Below are positions 1-13,243 of a DNA stretch of 64,000 nucleotides, piece after piece (within the stretch, counting starts at the first letter, position 1; every line of letters begins with the position of its first letter). A program made the translations under genes and the position numbers. The notes beneath the pieces were generated by a model, which searched no databases, was not told the DNA's origin, and was given only the letters and a program-made list of their open reading frames with translations. The stretch comes from Eledone cirrhosa. Its lineage: Eukaryota. Location: the NCBI GenBank assembly GCA_964016885.1, contig OZ024761.1, forward strand, positions 5,208,001 to 5,272,000, read 5' to 3'.

Positions 1-165
1 GGTGTTGAGATGGCTATCATATGATGAAGCAATCATGTGATAGTATAGACTTGTAATGATGGTTTAGGTGGTGTTGAGATGGCTATCATAAGATGAAGCA
101 ATCATGTGATAGTATAGACTTGTAATGATGGTTTAGGTGGTGTTGAGATGGCTATCTTAAGATGA
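1..165. repeat. 69-bp minisatellite, intron 5 of copy A (truncated by window edge)
   Basis: Unit GGTGTTGAGATGGCTATCATAAGATGAAGCAATCATGTGATAGTATAGACTTGTAATGATGGTTTAGGT starts at 1, 70 and 139. Confidence 0.95.
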
Positions 166-177
166 AATAATCATTCT

Positions 178-1959
178 TGTATGTATGTATCTGTGTGCGT
201 ATGTATGTATGTGAGTGTGTATGTATGTATGTGAGTGTGTATGTATGTGAGTGTGTATGTATGTATGTGAGTGTGTATGTATGTATGTGAGTGTGTATGT
301 ATGTATGTGTGTGTGTATGTATGTGTATGTGAGTGTGTATGTATGTGTATGTGAGTGTGTATGTATGTATGTGAGTGTGTATGTATGTGTATGTGAGTGT
401 GTATGTATGTGTATGTGAGTGTGTATGTATGTGTATGTGAGTGTGTATGTATGTATGTGAGTGTGTATGTATGTGTATGTGAGTGTGTATGTATGTATGT
501 GAGTGTGTATGTATGTGTATGTGAGTGTGTATGTATGTATGTGAGTGTGTATGTATGTGTATGTGAGTGTGTATGTATGTGTGTGTGTATGTATGTGTAT
601 GTGAGTGTGTATGTATGTGTATGTGAATGTGTATGTATGTGTATGTGAGTGTGTATGTATGTGTATGTGAGTGTGTATGTGACTCAATATAGCAGATTTC
701 TACCAGAAAAAGAGAGAGTGAGATTGAATGGAAGTGAAAGTATATATATATATATATATATATGTGTGTATGTGTTTGAGTGTGTATGTGTGTATGTATG
801 TATATATATGTGTGTATGTGTTTGAGTGTGTATGTGTGTATGTATGTATATATGTGTGTGTATGTGTTTGAGTGTGTATGTGTGTATGTATGTATATATA
901 TGTGTGTATGTGTTTGAGTGTGTGTATGTGTGTATATATATATATGTCGGGTCACTCTTGAGTGCTATTGGTAACATGTAACCCAGTACATCCTGTAGCA
1001 TGGTCGGGTCATCAACGACTAAACTGGCAACCCCACCAAGTTGGTGAGGAGTGTGATTTTGGACACCCTGCAGGACAAAAAAACAAAACCTGACAAAGGA
1101 CGGAAGAGCTCATAAGAGTCAATGGCCATCCAAAACTGTGTAAATATGTATATACATGTATGCATGTGTATGTATGTATATATATATATATATAGGTATA
1201 TATGTATATACATGTATGCATGTGTATGTATGTATATATATATATATATATATAGGTATATATGTATATACATGTATGCATGTGTATGTATGTATATATA
1301 TATATATATATAGGTATATATGTATATACATGTATGCATGTGTATGTATGTATATATATATATATATATAGGTATATATGTATATACATGTATGTATGTG
1401 TACGTATATGCTCGGGAACATAGAAATATTTAGGCTGAATACCCAATCGTGCAGTTATACCACTGGGAGTAAAGGACCCCTAGCCTTTGTCAGGGCATTC
1501 TTCTAGGAGAAGGCAACTCAGGAAACTGGGATAACTCCGACATAAAACCTGCGTTCAGTAGTTACTGATGATGTTGATCTTTTCTTCTTTTAGGGTTATA
1601 GCTACTGTAGCTCAGAGAGTGGGATTGGCTCAGTGCACAGTCTTTCCTCACTTTCCCCACAAAATATCTTCACACACAGGCATTGCACGATAGAATTAAT
1701 TAATAATTTTAAATAATTGTATATCGTGCAATGGCCATACTCAATAACGAGGGGGCAGTCATCATGTATGTGTGTATGTATGTGTGTGTGTGTATGTGTG
1801 TGTGTACGTATGTATGTGTGTATGTGTGTGTGTGTGTGTATGTGTGTATGTAAGTATATATTTACATGTGTGTATGTAAGTATATATACATCTGTGTATG
1901 TAAGTATATATCTATATATACATGTGTGTATGTAAGTATATATATACATGTGTGTATGT

Positions 1960-1999
<40 letters not shown>

Positions 2000-2302
2000 G
2001 TGTGTGTGTAAGTATATAAAAAATACATGTGTGTGTGTAAGTATATATATATATACATGTCTGTATGTATGTATATATATATATATACATGTGTGTGTAA
2101 GTATATATATATATACATGTGCATGTAAGTATATATATATATATACATGTGTATGTAAGTATATATATATACATGTGTATGTAAGCATATATATATATAT
2201 ATAAATATACGTGTGTGTAAGTATATGTATATATACATGTGTATGTAAGTATATATATATATATATACATGTGTATCTAAGTATATATACATATATATAT
2301 AT
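178..2302. repeat. Compound (TG/TA)-rich microsatellites interspersed with retroposon fragments
   Basis: GTAT/GTGAGT/TATA runs; source of the His/Thr/Tyr/Ile pseudo-ORFs. Equivalent blocks at 25350-28145 and 41270-43547. Confidence 0.9.
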
Positions 2303-3312
2303 ACTAGCATTAAAGCCCGGTGTTGCTCGGGGTCATTAAGTTACCAAAGTTAGGTTGCACCACCCATTTTATGGCAGCACTTTTTTGTCTGCCAGGCACT
2401 GGGTGAATGAATTGCAGACCTGGAAGCAGGAGCTGCGCCAGCAGTGACAATTGTAGTTTCGCCTATGGATATTATCTCTGTGCAAAAAAGTGTTGAAATT
2501 TATTGTTTCACAGTACTTGCGCAACACGCGCGTAGACGATGCCAGCCGAACAACAGAGCTGCGATGGAGTTGTTCTGCATGGTTGTCTGTGTGTTTTCTA
2601 AATTTAAGACAGTAGGGAGGGTTGTGATATGAGGGAGAGTTAGCTGTTGTTTCTAGCAGGTTTAGCGACCTCATAGAAGATATGTGTTTTCTAAATTTAA
2701 GACAGAAGGGAGGGGTGTGGTATGGGGGAGAGTTAGCTGCTGTTTCTAGCAGGTTTAGTGACCTCATAGAGGATATTATTGTTTATCATTATCTATAAAA
2801 GGCAGATTGTTGTTGTTGTTGTTGAAGTGAGTGTGTGTTTGTATGCGTTTGGAAAAGAGGTTTTAAAAAATATTTATCGCTTGTTGTTGAATAAATGTAT
2901 CTGTTGCTTTTGAATAATTGTCGTTTCGTATGAAATGTAATAATTTGAAGTATAAAAGAGAAAGTAGCAAAATGTGTGGGTTGTAGATAGAGGTAGGCAG
3001 ATGATATGACAGAGTAATACGGACACTATCACCATCAAGCTTGGAAAGAGAAAGTAGCAGAAAGTATGAAGTTGTATAGATTTTGAATGGTAGTGGAAAG
3101 AGTTTAGCAGTTTAAATGACAGAGAAAAATCGTAAAATATTGAGTTTTATCTATTTTTTGCGTAATTGTGGGTGAAATTGAAAAAATGAGATGTGCCAAG
3201 ACGCAATCGAAACTATTTCGAGTACTGAATTGTAAATTTCAATGGAAGAAATTCTATATCGTAGATTTCTATAAGAAAGGAGCCTGACCACACACTGAGC
3301 TTTATAGATTAT
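2303..3312. mobile_element. About 1-kb non-autonomous element (Helitron/Helentron-like) in TA microsatellite, copy A intron 5
   Basis: Begins ACTAGC..GCCCGG(T/C)GTTGCTCGGG (short hairpin) and ends GCTTTATAGAT. Present in A and C, absent in B. Family assignment is from recalled terminal motifs only. Confidence 0.5.
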
Positions 3313-3407
3313 GATATACATGTGTGTGTAAGTATATATATATATATAGATATACGTGTGTGTGTAAGTATATGTATATATACATGTGTATGTAAGTATA
3401 TATATAC

Positions 3408-4010
3408 CAGTTGGTGCTACTGGTAACATGTATCCCAGTACAAGCTGTCCCATGGTCGGGTCGTTGCTGACTAAACTGGCAACCCCACCAAGGTTTCTTG
3501 GTGAGGAGGGTGACTTTGGACATCCTGCAGGACTAAAAACAAAACCTGTCAAAGGGCAAACGAGCTCTTAAGAGTCAATGGCCATCCAAAATCACCGGGA
3601 GAGATGACCCCTTAGCCTTTGTGAAGGCAGAATTCTAGGAGAAGGAAAACTCTGATATAACACCTGCAACCCTGATGGTATCCAATGATGTTGACTTGTT
3701 CTTCTTTTTGGTAAATATCATCTTGGTTAAGAGAGTGGGACTGGCTTTTGTGCAGTGCCTTTGCTCACTATAAAAGCTTCACGGCACAGGTATTGCTTTA
3801 TATCTGGAGATCTCTCTGCACTTGTCGTCACATGGTACCATGGGCCCAGCACTATGTGTCAATAATTGTCACAGGTGTAGTGTTTGTACCAGAGTTTTCA
3901 AGTCGCTGGCTGAACTAATAGGTCACACTCGTTCAGCGCATCGGTAGGGGTTCTCCTACATGGATATAAAGTAGTGGCCGTACTCGTAAACGAGTTGGCA
4001 GCCACCATAT
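3408..4010. mobile_element. Interspersed retroposon fragment (RTE-like 5' region/SINE)
   Basis: Diverged relative of 948-1137 and 1440-1690 (shared ACTAAACTGGCAACCCCACCAAG and TTCTAGGAGAAGG motifs); copies at 26120-26725 and 44565-45168. Confidence 0.45.
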
Positions 4011-4082
4011 ACATGTAAGTATATATATATATATATATATATACATGTGTATGTAAGTATATATATATATACTTACATACAC

Positions 4083-4118
<36 letters not shown>

Positions 4119-4283
4119 GTGTAAGTATATATATATATATACATACTTACACACACATGTATATATATACTCACACACATGTATATATACTTACACACAC
4201 ATATATATATATATATACTTACACACACACACATGTATCAATTCTTCACACCATTCGGTAAAAGATATTAAAAGATATCTCAC

Positions 4284-7200
4284 CATACAAGTACTGGCAC
4301 CACCAAAGTTGAAATCACCTCCACAAATATGTTGGTCTGTGAGTGAAGCATAATTCATTCTTCTTCTACATTTACCATTTTCAATAACTGGCATTGCTAC
4401 TTGGAGTAGCTGACTTGATGCTGAACTCTTAACTGGAAAATACAGAAAACAGATGTAGTGCCATGTGGAACTACTTTATGTCTTGTCTAATACCTCTGGA
4501 GTAGTAATACAAAACACTGTGGAACTACTTTATGTCTTGTCTAATACCTCTCGAGTAGTAATACAACACACTGTGGAACTACCTTATGTCTTGTCTAATA
4601 CCACTGGAGTAGTAATACAACACACTGTGGAACTACCTTATGTCTTGTCTAATACCTCTGGTGTAGTAATACAACACACTGTGGAACTACTTTATGTCTT
4701 GTCTAATACCTCTGGAGTAGTAATACAACACACTGTGGAACTACTTTATGTCTTGTCTAATACCTCTGGAGTAGTAATACAACACACTGTGGAACTACTT
4801 TATGTCTTCTCTAATACCTCTCGAGTAGTAATACAACACACTGTGGAACTACTTTATGTCTTGTCTAATACCTCTGGAGTAGTAATACAACACACTGTGG
4901 AACTACTTTATGTCTTCTCTAATACCTCTCGAGTAGTAATACAACACACTGTGGAACTACTTTATGTCTTGTCTAATACCTCTGGAGTAGTAATACAACA
5001 CACTGTGGAACTACTTTATGTCTTCTCTAATACCTCTCGAGTAGTAATACAACACACTGTGGAACTACTTTATGTCTTGTCTAATACCTCTGGAGTAGTA
5101 ATACAACACACTGTGGAACTACTTTATGTCTTGTCTAAATCCTCTGGAGTAGTAATACAACACACTGTGGAACTACTTTATGTCTTGTCTAATACCTCTG
5201 GAGTAGTAATACAACACACTGTGGAACTACTTTATGTCTTGTCTAATACCTCTGGAGTAGTAATACAACACACTGTGGAACTACTTTATGTCTTGTCTAA
5301 TACCTCTGGAGTAGTAATACAACACACTGTGGAACTACTTTATGTCTTGTCTAATACCTCTCGAGTAGTAATACAACACACTGTGGAACTACTTTATGTC
5401 TTGTCTAATACCTCTGGAGTAGTAATACAACACACTGTGGAACTACTTTATGTCTTGTCTAATACCTCTGGAGTAGTAATACAACACACTGTGGAACTAC
5501 TTTATGTCTTGTCTAATACCTCTGGTGTAGTAATACAACACACTGTGGAACTACTTTATGTCTTGTCTAATACCTCTGGAGTAGTAATACAACACACTGT
5601 GGAACTACTTTATGTCTTGTCTAATACCTCTGGTGTAGTAATACAACACACTGTGGAACTACTTTATGTCTTGTCTAATACCTCTGGAGTAGTAATACAA
5701 CACACTGTGGAACTACTTTATGTCTTGTCTAATACCTCTGGAGTAGTAATACAACACACTGTGGAACTACTTTATGTCTTGTCTAATACCTCTGGAGTAG
5801 TAATACAACACACTGTGGAACTACTTTATGTCTTGTCTAATACCTCTGGTGTAGTAATACAACACACTGTGGAACTACTTTATGTCTTGACTAATACCTC
5901 TGGTGTAGTAATACAACACACTGTGGAACTACTTTATGTCTTGACTAATACCTCTGGTGTAGTAATACAACACACTGTGGAACTACTTTATGTCTTGACT
6001 AATACCTCTGGAGTAGTAATACAACACACTGTGGAACTACTTTATGTCTTGACTAATACTTCTGGAGTAGTAATACAACACACTGTGGAACTACTTTATG
6101 TCTTGTCTAATACCTCTCGAGTAGTAATACAACACACTCTCGCTTCAGGCCACATAACATCTCTCTCAACATAGCAATAATCAGCAACAAGAATTAGTTT
6201 TAACCGAACTAGTCTCTAATTTCACCTCTAAGTTTGTTCTACAGGGACTCATGAATGAACCTCTACATGGTCATTCAAACGGCTAGAAATAGTAACCAAA
6301 TCTCTTTGAAATCAGACTTCAGCATCTTATAGAAGGAAGGTCACTATAGAGAATATATGGAGATATAACAAGAATATAAGATCCTTCATTAATTTAACAT
6401 GCTTCTCTTGACCACTTACAACAATAACAACAATACTTGCTACTTATATCTAGACATGACATGTTGACACTAGAAATTAACATTTTTGTCTCAATTTCTA
6501 TTTGAACACAGAAAACACTTTAATGTTTGCTTAGAGGGATCTTTCTAGTATACGGGGTTCTGATTTCTGGTCTATGGGTTGTCATTCTTTGTCGGAGTGT
6601 CATTGCTATAGAAAAGAAAACTGGAAACGATGATTGGTTTATTTTGTGGAGGGAAAATCTTGACGAACTCAGGAATTTTCAAAAGCCTCATTAATGATTT
6701 AAACTCTTTCATCCAGTTTGTTATGGAATTTAATAACGGAAAACTCCCTTCCTTAGACATACTAATAACAAAAAGAAATATATGGAGAGATAGAGAGAGA
6801 TGAGGGGATAGAGAAAGAGCTAGAGAGAGTGAGAGAGAGAGAGGGGGAAAGAAAGAAAGGGAGATAATTTAAAATAAATTATTACATCCAGTTTGACCCC
6901 ATCCAGCTGCAATACATCTTCTGCCATCAAATGTCTCTCCTGCTGCAGGAAGTGTAGCTGCCTGTACACAATTTCCAAACTGTACCGATTGTGGAAGACG
7001 TATCATAGCAATGTCATTACCTTTTACAAATATTAAATAAAAATTAGAATTATTAGCTTAATTAATATATTGTGAGTGCACGGGAGTGAGGAAAGCCAGA
7101 AATGTGGTACCTTGTCTCTACATTATTTAACTGGAAAATATGGCCTAATGAACATCAAGCTGCTATCTTGCAGCCTCAGATATTCAGGATGTATTGGAGT

Positions 7201-8376
7201 CTCTTTGCTGTTCCCAGGAGGCATGTTTTTAGAAGTCTTCCAAATATGGGGACTGGGCTATTGTTTTTTTTAACCAGCCTTGGAAACTCTTGGAGATAGT
7301 ACCTAGTGCTCCTATGATGGTGGGAATGACCTTGATCTCATGATTTACCCAAATCCTTTTCAGTTCCCATTTCAGATCCTGGTATCATTTAATTTTCTCC
7401 TACTTTCCTTGCACATTTCTGTCAAAGGGACAAACTAGATCTATAATCAAGCAAGGTCTTTTTTCCTTGTCAAAAACCATAAGGTCAGGTGTATTGTGTT
7501 CTAATTCTTTATCTGTTTGTATCCTGAAATCCCACAGCACCTTCACCCTATCATATTCTATCCCCAACTTTGGCTTATGCTCATACCATTTCTCAGAATG
7601 AGGTAAATTATTTAGTTTGCGTAAATGCCAGTGGATCAGTTTTCCTATAATATCATTAAGGGATGTGTTCTGATAGTCAGACGGTCAATCTACTGTCAAC
7701 ACCTGCTGCATCGAGGCCTGGGAATGCCATGGCTGATGATGTGCAAACATGCGCCAAGGCTACATCATCTCCATCTTTTCCATAAAGATGAACAGGTGTG
7801 GTCGCTATTGACCAGAACACATGTTACCCCAGCTTGTCTTCTTGATGGAGTTGCAGTCCTGGGTCAAGTGGAGACAGAGAAGGAGAGCTTGGAAACTGGA
7901 ATGTGTTCAGGTGCTCACAGCCCTCCACCAATCAGGCAGTATGAACAGTGACCACTCCACCTTGGTGTTCTGTTTAGCCCACATTTAGGTAATGTTAAGT
8001 TCACATTCAGATATTTAATACATATTGATGTGTTTAGCTCATGTTTAAATATTAAACTTCCATTAAAGTGTTCAGCTTAGTATTAAGGTCTTTATCTCGC
8101 ATCCAAGTGTTCCACTCGCATCCAAGTGTTCCACGCTCATGCTTAGGTGTTCAGTTTACATTCAATTGATTATGAAAGCAATAAATGCTGAAAACCAAAA
8201 ATACATGATTTTTAAAAATTGATCGAAATCGATTGATCATTCCACATAAAATCGAATAACTCAGTGGAACTCTTGAAACTGGGAGAATATTTGAAAAGTT
8301 TAATTTAATTTCAAACATATAGAAAAGAACAATATTTTTTTAATATGCATATATATATATATAAATATATATATAA

Positions 8377-8433
<57 letters not shown>

Positions 8434-11400
8434 TCAATTTAAAGAAAATAAATACTAAGGTATATTTACATATTAGTGCATTTCTATTGAGAATATAGTT
8501 ATATAACCATAAGAAGATACTTACGCATGGGACTTCTAGTGTATTGAGGGTGGACCCTCCAACTAGAAGCTGCTAAAAAGTATTTGCCTCTCCTATTATT
8601 GTGATTTGTACCAATATTTACATCAATTGAATTTACTCCACCTCCACTGAAACAATGACACAATAAACATAGATTGTATTTAAGTTTACCTGAAATGTTA
8701 TTTATCTGTGACAGAACATATGACAATGTTCTATAGACATAAGTCTAATGTACAGTAGTAACTCAGTAAACTGGGATAAGACTTCCTCTAATACCAGGTC
8801 TATGTCAAGTTAGACAAGAACTTCTTGAACTAGACAATGTTCTATAGACATAAGTCTAATGTACAGTAGTAACTCAGTAAACTGGGATAAGTCTTGATCT
8901 ATTACCAGGTCTATGTCAAGTTAGACAAGAACCTCTTGAACTAAACAATCTTCTATAGACAGAAGTCTAATGTACAATAGTAACTTAGTAAACTGGGATA
9001 AGTCTTGATCTATTACCAGGTCTATGTCAAGTTAGACAAGAACTTCTTGAACTAGACAATGTTCTATAGACATAAGTCTAATGTACAATAGTAACTTAGT
9101 AAACTGGGATAAGTCTTGGTCTAATACCAGGTCTATGTCAAGTTAGACAAGAACTTCTTGAACTAGACAATGTTCTATAGACATAAGTCTAATGTACAGT
9201 AGTAACTCAGTAAACTGGGATAAGTCTTGATCTATTACCAGGTCTATGTCAAGTTAGACAAGAACCTCTTGAACTAAACAATCTTCTATAGACAGAAGTC
9301 TAATGTACAATAGTAACTTAGTAAACTGGGATAAGTCTTGATCTATTACCAGGTCTATGTCAAGTTAGACAAGAACTTCTTGAACTAGACAATGTTCTAT
9401 AGACATAAGTCTAATGTACAATAGTAACTTAGTAAACTGGGATAAGTCTTGGTCTAATACCAGGTCTATGTCAAGTTAGACAAGAACTTCTTGAACTAGA
9501 CAATGTTCTATAGACAGAAGTCTAATGTACAGTAGTAGCTTAGTAAACTGGGATAAGACTTCCTCTAATACTAGGTCTATGTCAACTTAGTCAAGTACCC
9601 CTTGAACTAGACAATGTTCTATAGACAGAAGTCTAATGTACAGTAGTAACTTAGTAAACTGGGATAAGACTTCCTCTAATACCAGTTCTATGTCAAGTTA
9701 GACAAGAACCTCTTGAACTAGACAATGTTCTATGGACATAAGTCTAATGTACATTAGTAACTTAGTAAACTGGGATAAGACTTCCTCTAATACCAGGTCT
9801 ATGTCAAGTTAGACAAGAACCTCTTGAACTAAACAATGTTCTATAGACAGAAGTCTAATGTACATTAGTAACTTAGTAAACTGGGATAAGACTTGATCTA
9901 ATACCAGGTCTATGTCTAGTTAGACAAGAACCTCTTGAACTAGACAATGTTCTATAGACAGAAGTCTAATGTACAATAGTAACTTAGTAAACTGGGATAA
10001 GACTTCCTCTAATACCAGGTCTATGTCTAGTTAGACAAGAACCTCTTGAACTAGACAATGTTCTATAGACAGAAGTCTAATGTACAATAGTAACTTAGTA
10101 AACTGGGATAAGACTTGATCTAATACCAGGTCTATGTCTAGTTAGACAAGAACCTCTTGAACTAAACAATCTTCTATAGACCGAAGTCTAATGTACAGTA
10201 GTAACTTAGTAAACTGGGATAAGTCTTGGTCTAATACCAGGTCTATGTCTAGTTAGACAAGAAGCTCTTGAACTAGACAATGTTCTATAGACATAAGTCT
10301 AATGTACAGTAGTAACTTAGTAAACTGGGATAAGACTTGGTCTAATACCAGGTTTATGTCAAGTTAGACAAGAACTTCTTGAACTAGACAATGTTCTATA
10401 GACAGAAGTCTAATGTACAGTAGTAACTTAGTAAACTGAGATAAGTCTTGATCTAATACCAGGTCTATGTCTAGTATAATAATTGTTTCTACTTTTGGCA
10501 CAAGGCCAGCAATTACCCCAGTGCATTACTGGTACTTTATTTTATCAATCACGTAAGGATGAAAGGCACAGATAACCTTGGCAGGGTTTGAACTCAGAAC
10601 ATAAAGGGCCATAACTCCATGCTGCAAAGCATGGTGTCTGACAACAATACTGCCAATCCACTGCCCTTATCAAAGTTTGTCAGCTATGATAGATCTTAAG
10701 TATGTCATAGTCTAGCAATAGATTATCAAATAAATTAGACATATCTGTGGAATATTAAAGATGGAGAAGTGTTGTTAAAGGAAAGACAATAAAAATATAG
10801 AAATATTTCTTACAAGCAATGGGCAGCGGTCAAGACATGTTGGTTGTCCAGTAAAGTACCACCACATCCAAAAGTACCCTTATTAGTATGAAGGATCAAA
10901 TGTACGATTGATGGGAACTGACAATCTCTTGCTGGAGAACCATCTACAATCTGTGTCTCTGGGGCTAGAAATAAGAACATAGATTAGGTGTAGTGTTGTG
11001 TTGGTGGTGGTGTAGTGGTGTTGTAGTGGTGGTGTAGTGGGGTGGTGGTGGTGTAGTGGTATAGTATAGCGGTGGTGTGGCGTTGGTGGTGTAGTGGTGG
11101 TGTTGTAGTGGTGTGGTGTAGTGGTGTGGTGGTCGTGTGGTGGTGGTGGTGTAGTGGTGTAGTGGTGGTGTTGTGGTATAGTGGTGGTGTTGTAGTGGTG
11201 TGGTGTAGTTGTAGTGGTGTGTTGTAGTGGTGTAGTGGTGGGGTGGTGGTGGTGTAGTGGTATAGTATAGCGGTGGTGTGGTGATGTGGTGTTGGTGGTG
11301 TAGTGGTGGTGATGTAGTGGTGTGGTGTAGTTGTGCTGTAGTGGTGCTGGGGTGTAGTGGTGTACTGTGGAGGTGGTGGTGGTGTAGTGGTATAGTATAG

Positions 11401-12210
11401 CGGTGGTGTGGTGGTGTGGTTTTGGTGGTGTAGTGGTGTAGTAGTGGTGTTGTAGTGGTGTGGTATAGTGGTGTGGTGGTCGTGTGGTGGTGGTGGTGTA
11501 GTGGTGTAGTGGTGGTGTTGTGGTATAGTGGTGGTGTTGTAGTGGTGTGGTGTAGTTGTAGTGGTGTGTTGTAGTGGTGTAGTGGTGGGGTGGTGGTGGT
11601 GTAGTGGTATAGTATAGTGGTGGTGTAGTGGTGTGGTGTTGGTGGTGTAGTTGTGTAGTGGTGGTGTTGTAGTGGTGTGGTGTAGTGGTGTGGTGGTTGT
11701 GTGGTGGTGGTGTAGTGGTGGCGTTGTAGTGGTGTGGTGTAGTGGTGTGGTGGTTGTGTGGTGGTGGTGTAGTGGTGTAGTGGTGTAGTGGTGTGGTGTA
11801 GTGGTGTGTTGTGTAGTGGTGGTGTTGTAGTGGTGTGGTGTAGTGGTGTGGTTTTGGTGGTGTAGTGGTGTAGTGGTATGGTGTAGTGGTGTAGTGGTGT
11901 AGTGGTATGGGGTAGTGGTGTGGTGGTCGTGTGGTGGTGGTGGTGTAGTGGTGTAGTGGTGGTGTTGTGGTGTGTGTTGATATGAACTTGGAGAGATTTT
12001 GTATCTGTTTGATGATATTATTTTAAGACAATTAAATACTTTAGGCTGACTCTATGAAATATTTCCTTATTTCTGATATAAAATATTGACTCTAAAATCT
12101 AGATATAAAATTGTGTTAATGTATTGAACATTATCAATAATATAGAGTATTGATTGTTTACCAGCAAAGCTGAGAGGAAGAGCGATTGCCAAGCAAAATA
12201 TAGCAAACAT
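4284..12210 (-). CDS. Secreted chymotrypsin-like S1 serine protease, copy A (exons 1-5; exon 6 outside window)
   Basis: Exons on the minus strand: 12210-12162, 10964-10814, 8646-8525, 7020-6886, 4432-4284, all with GT-AG boundaries and matching phases. They encode the signal peptide [38 protein letters not shown] and GASTCM. It is a reverse-complement copy of gene B. Confidence 0.93.
4465..6138. repeat. 54-bp minisatellite, intron 4 of copy A (~31 units)
   Basis: Unit GTGGAACTACTTTATGTCTTGTCTAATACCTCTGGAGTAGTAATACAACACACT. Confidence 0.97.
7133..7655 (-). mobile_element. 3' fragment of R4/Dong-like non-LTR retrotransposon (RLE endonuclease), copy A intron 3
   Basis: Degenerate [64 protein letters not shown]. 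Confidence 0.8.
8722..10474. repeat. 111-bp minisatellite, intron 2 of copy A (~16 units)
   Basis: Unit starting GACAATGTTCTATAGACATAAGTCTAATGTAC recurs at 8722, 8833 and onward. Confidence 0.97.
10474..10666 (-). mobile_element. tRNA-derived SINE (octopus-type), copy A intron 2
   Basis: GGGCAGTGGATTGGCAG..GAGTTCAAA (B-box-like)..CTTTCATCCT..AAGTACCAGT..GGCCTTGTGCCAAAA..ATTATTA tail; many related copies in the window. Confidence 0.8.
10987..11975. repeat. GT-rich low-complexity repeat (GGTGTAGT/GGT), intron 1 of copy A
   Basis: Direct inspection; equivalents at 19490-19940, 52572-53478 and 60330-60970. Confidence 0.95.
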
Positions 12211-12275
12211 GATTGAGCTGTGAGATGTTTCTAACACTGAAAACATCAATGGTACATCTAGATCACTGGGCCTTC

Positions 12276-12282
12276 TTTTATA
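12276..12282 (-). promoter_or_regulatory. TATA box of copy A
   Basis: TATAAAA starting 72 nt upstream of the ATG, same position in all four copies. Confidence 0.75.
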
Positions 12283-12923
12283 GCTTTAACACAGCAATGT
12301 CTTCTTATGACAGAGCTAGGCACAGTTGTCAACCATTGTATTAAAACACCTGCAACTATTGTTGGAACACGGAAGATCATACAATGGTTATCAAAGACAT
12401 GAGATCAATAATGACCGTATTTTACAAATCAATTCATTGCTAATGGACTCAGATGTCCATAGGAATGACATTCTTTGGTAAAATATATTATGAGGGAGAT
12501 CTTTTGATGTAATCTTGTACACTCCATTGTTGCTGCATAAAAGAGGTGTTCCTGTACAACTTTGCTGTTGTATGTAGGTATACACAAACACATAGACATA
12601 CAGACAGACATACATACACACACACACACATAGAAGTACAGACACACACATATGTACATATATATATATATATATATATACACAGACAAAATGACATTCA
12701 CATACACAAACATAGACATACAGCCACAGAGATACACAAACACACACCCACACATAGACATACAGAGAGACACACACATACACCTCCACACACACATATA
12801 CACATTGACATACAGACACACATTCACACACACACACACATACATACATGTATATATATATATATATACATACACACACGTATATATATATGACCACACA
12901 CACACTCATATATATGATGATGA

Positions 12924-13003
<80 letters not shown>

Positions 13004-13243
13004 ATGTATGTATGTGTGTGTGTGCCTGTCTATATATATATGTATATATGTATATATATAAATCGTAACCTGTACCAAACCTCACAGCTGCTGATACTTT
13101 GATAATTGAGAGAAGACATTTCTAATTTCAAAAGACCCTAGTTGTTTAATTCTGTTGTGAAATGAATCTGAATTATGATTGTTACCAGGTGTTAAAGATC
13201 ACCTGGATAAATCTCCCTGACAGGTTTCACCCCCAACCATTCT

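Noticed and set aside
152-2310. His/Thr/Tyr/Ile- and Cys/Val-rich ORFs throughout the window
   Set aside because: Translations of (TA)n, (CA)n and (TG)n microsatellites.
4465-6174. 569-aa 18-residue-repeat ORF
   Set aside because: 54-bp intronic VNTR antisense to the host gene; unit number varies from 4 to 31 between copies.
7625-7951. 108-aa ORF conserved in all four copies
   Set aside because: Conservation simply reflects the duplication. It is intronic, antisense to the host gene, has different starts in different copies and no recognisable domain; probably an old repeat fragment.
8722-10474. Regular arrays as possible CRISPR-like systems
   Set aside because: Units are directly abutting tandem repeats with no unique spacers and no cas genes; the context is eukaryotic.
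10987-11975. Telomere-like or G-quadruplex tract
   Set aside because: No TTAGGG units; mostly GG dinucleotides in an irregular GT-rich repeat.
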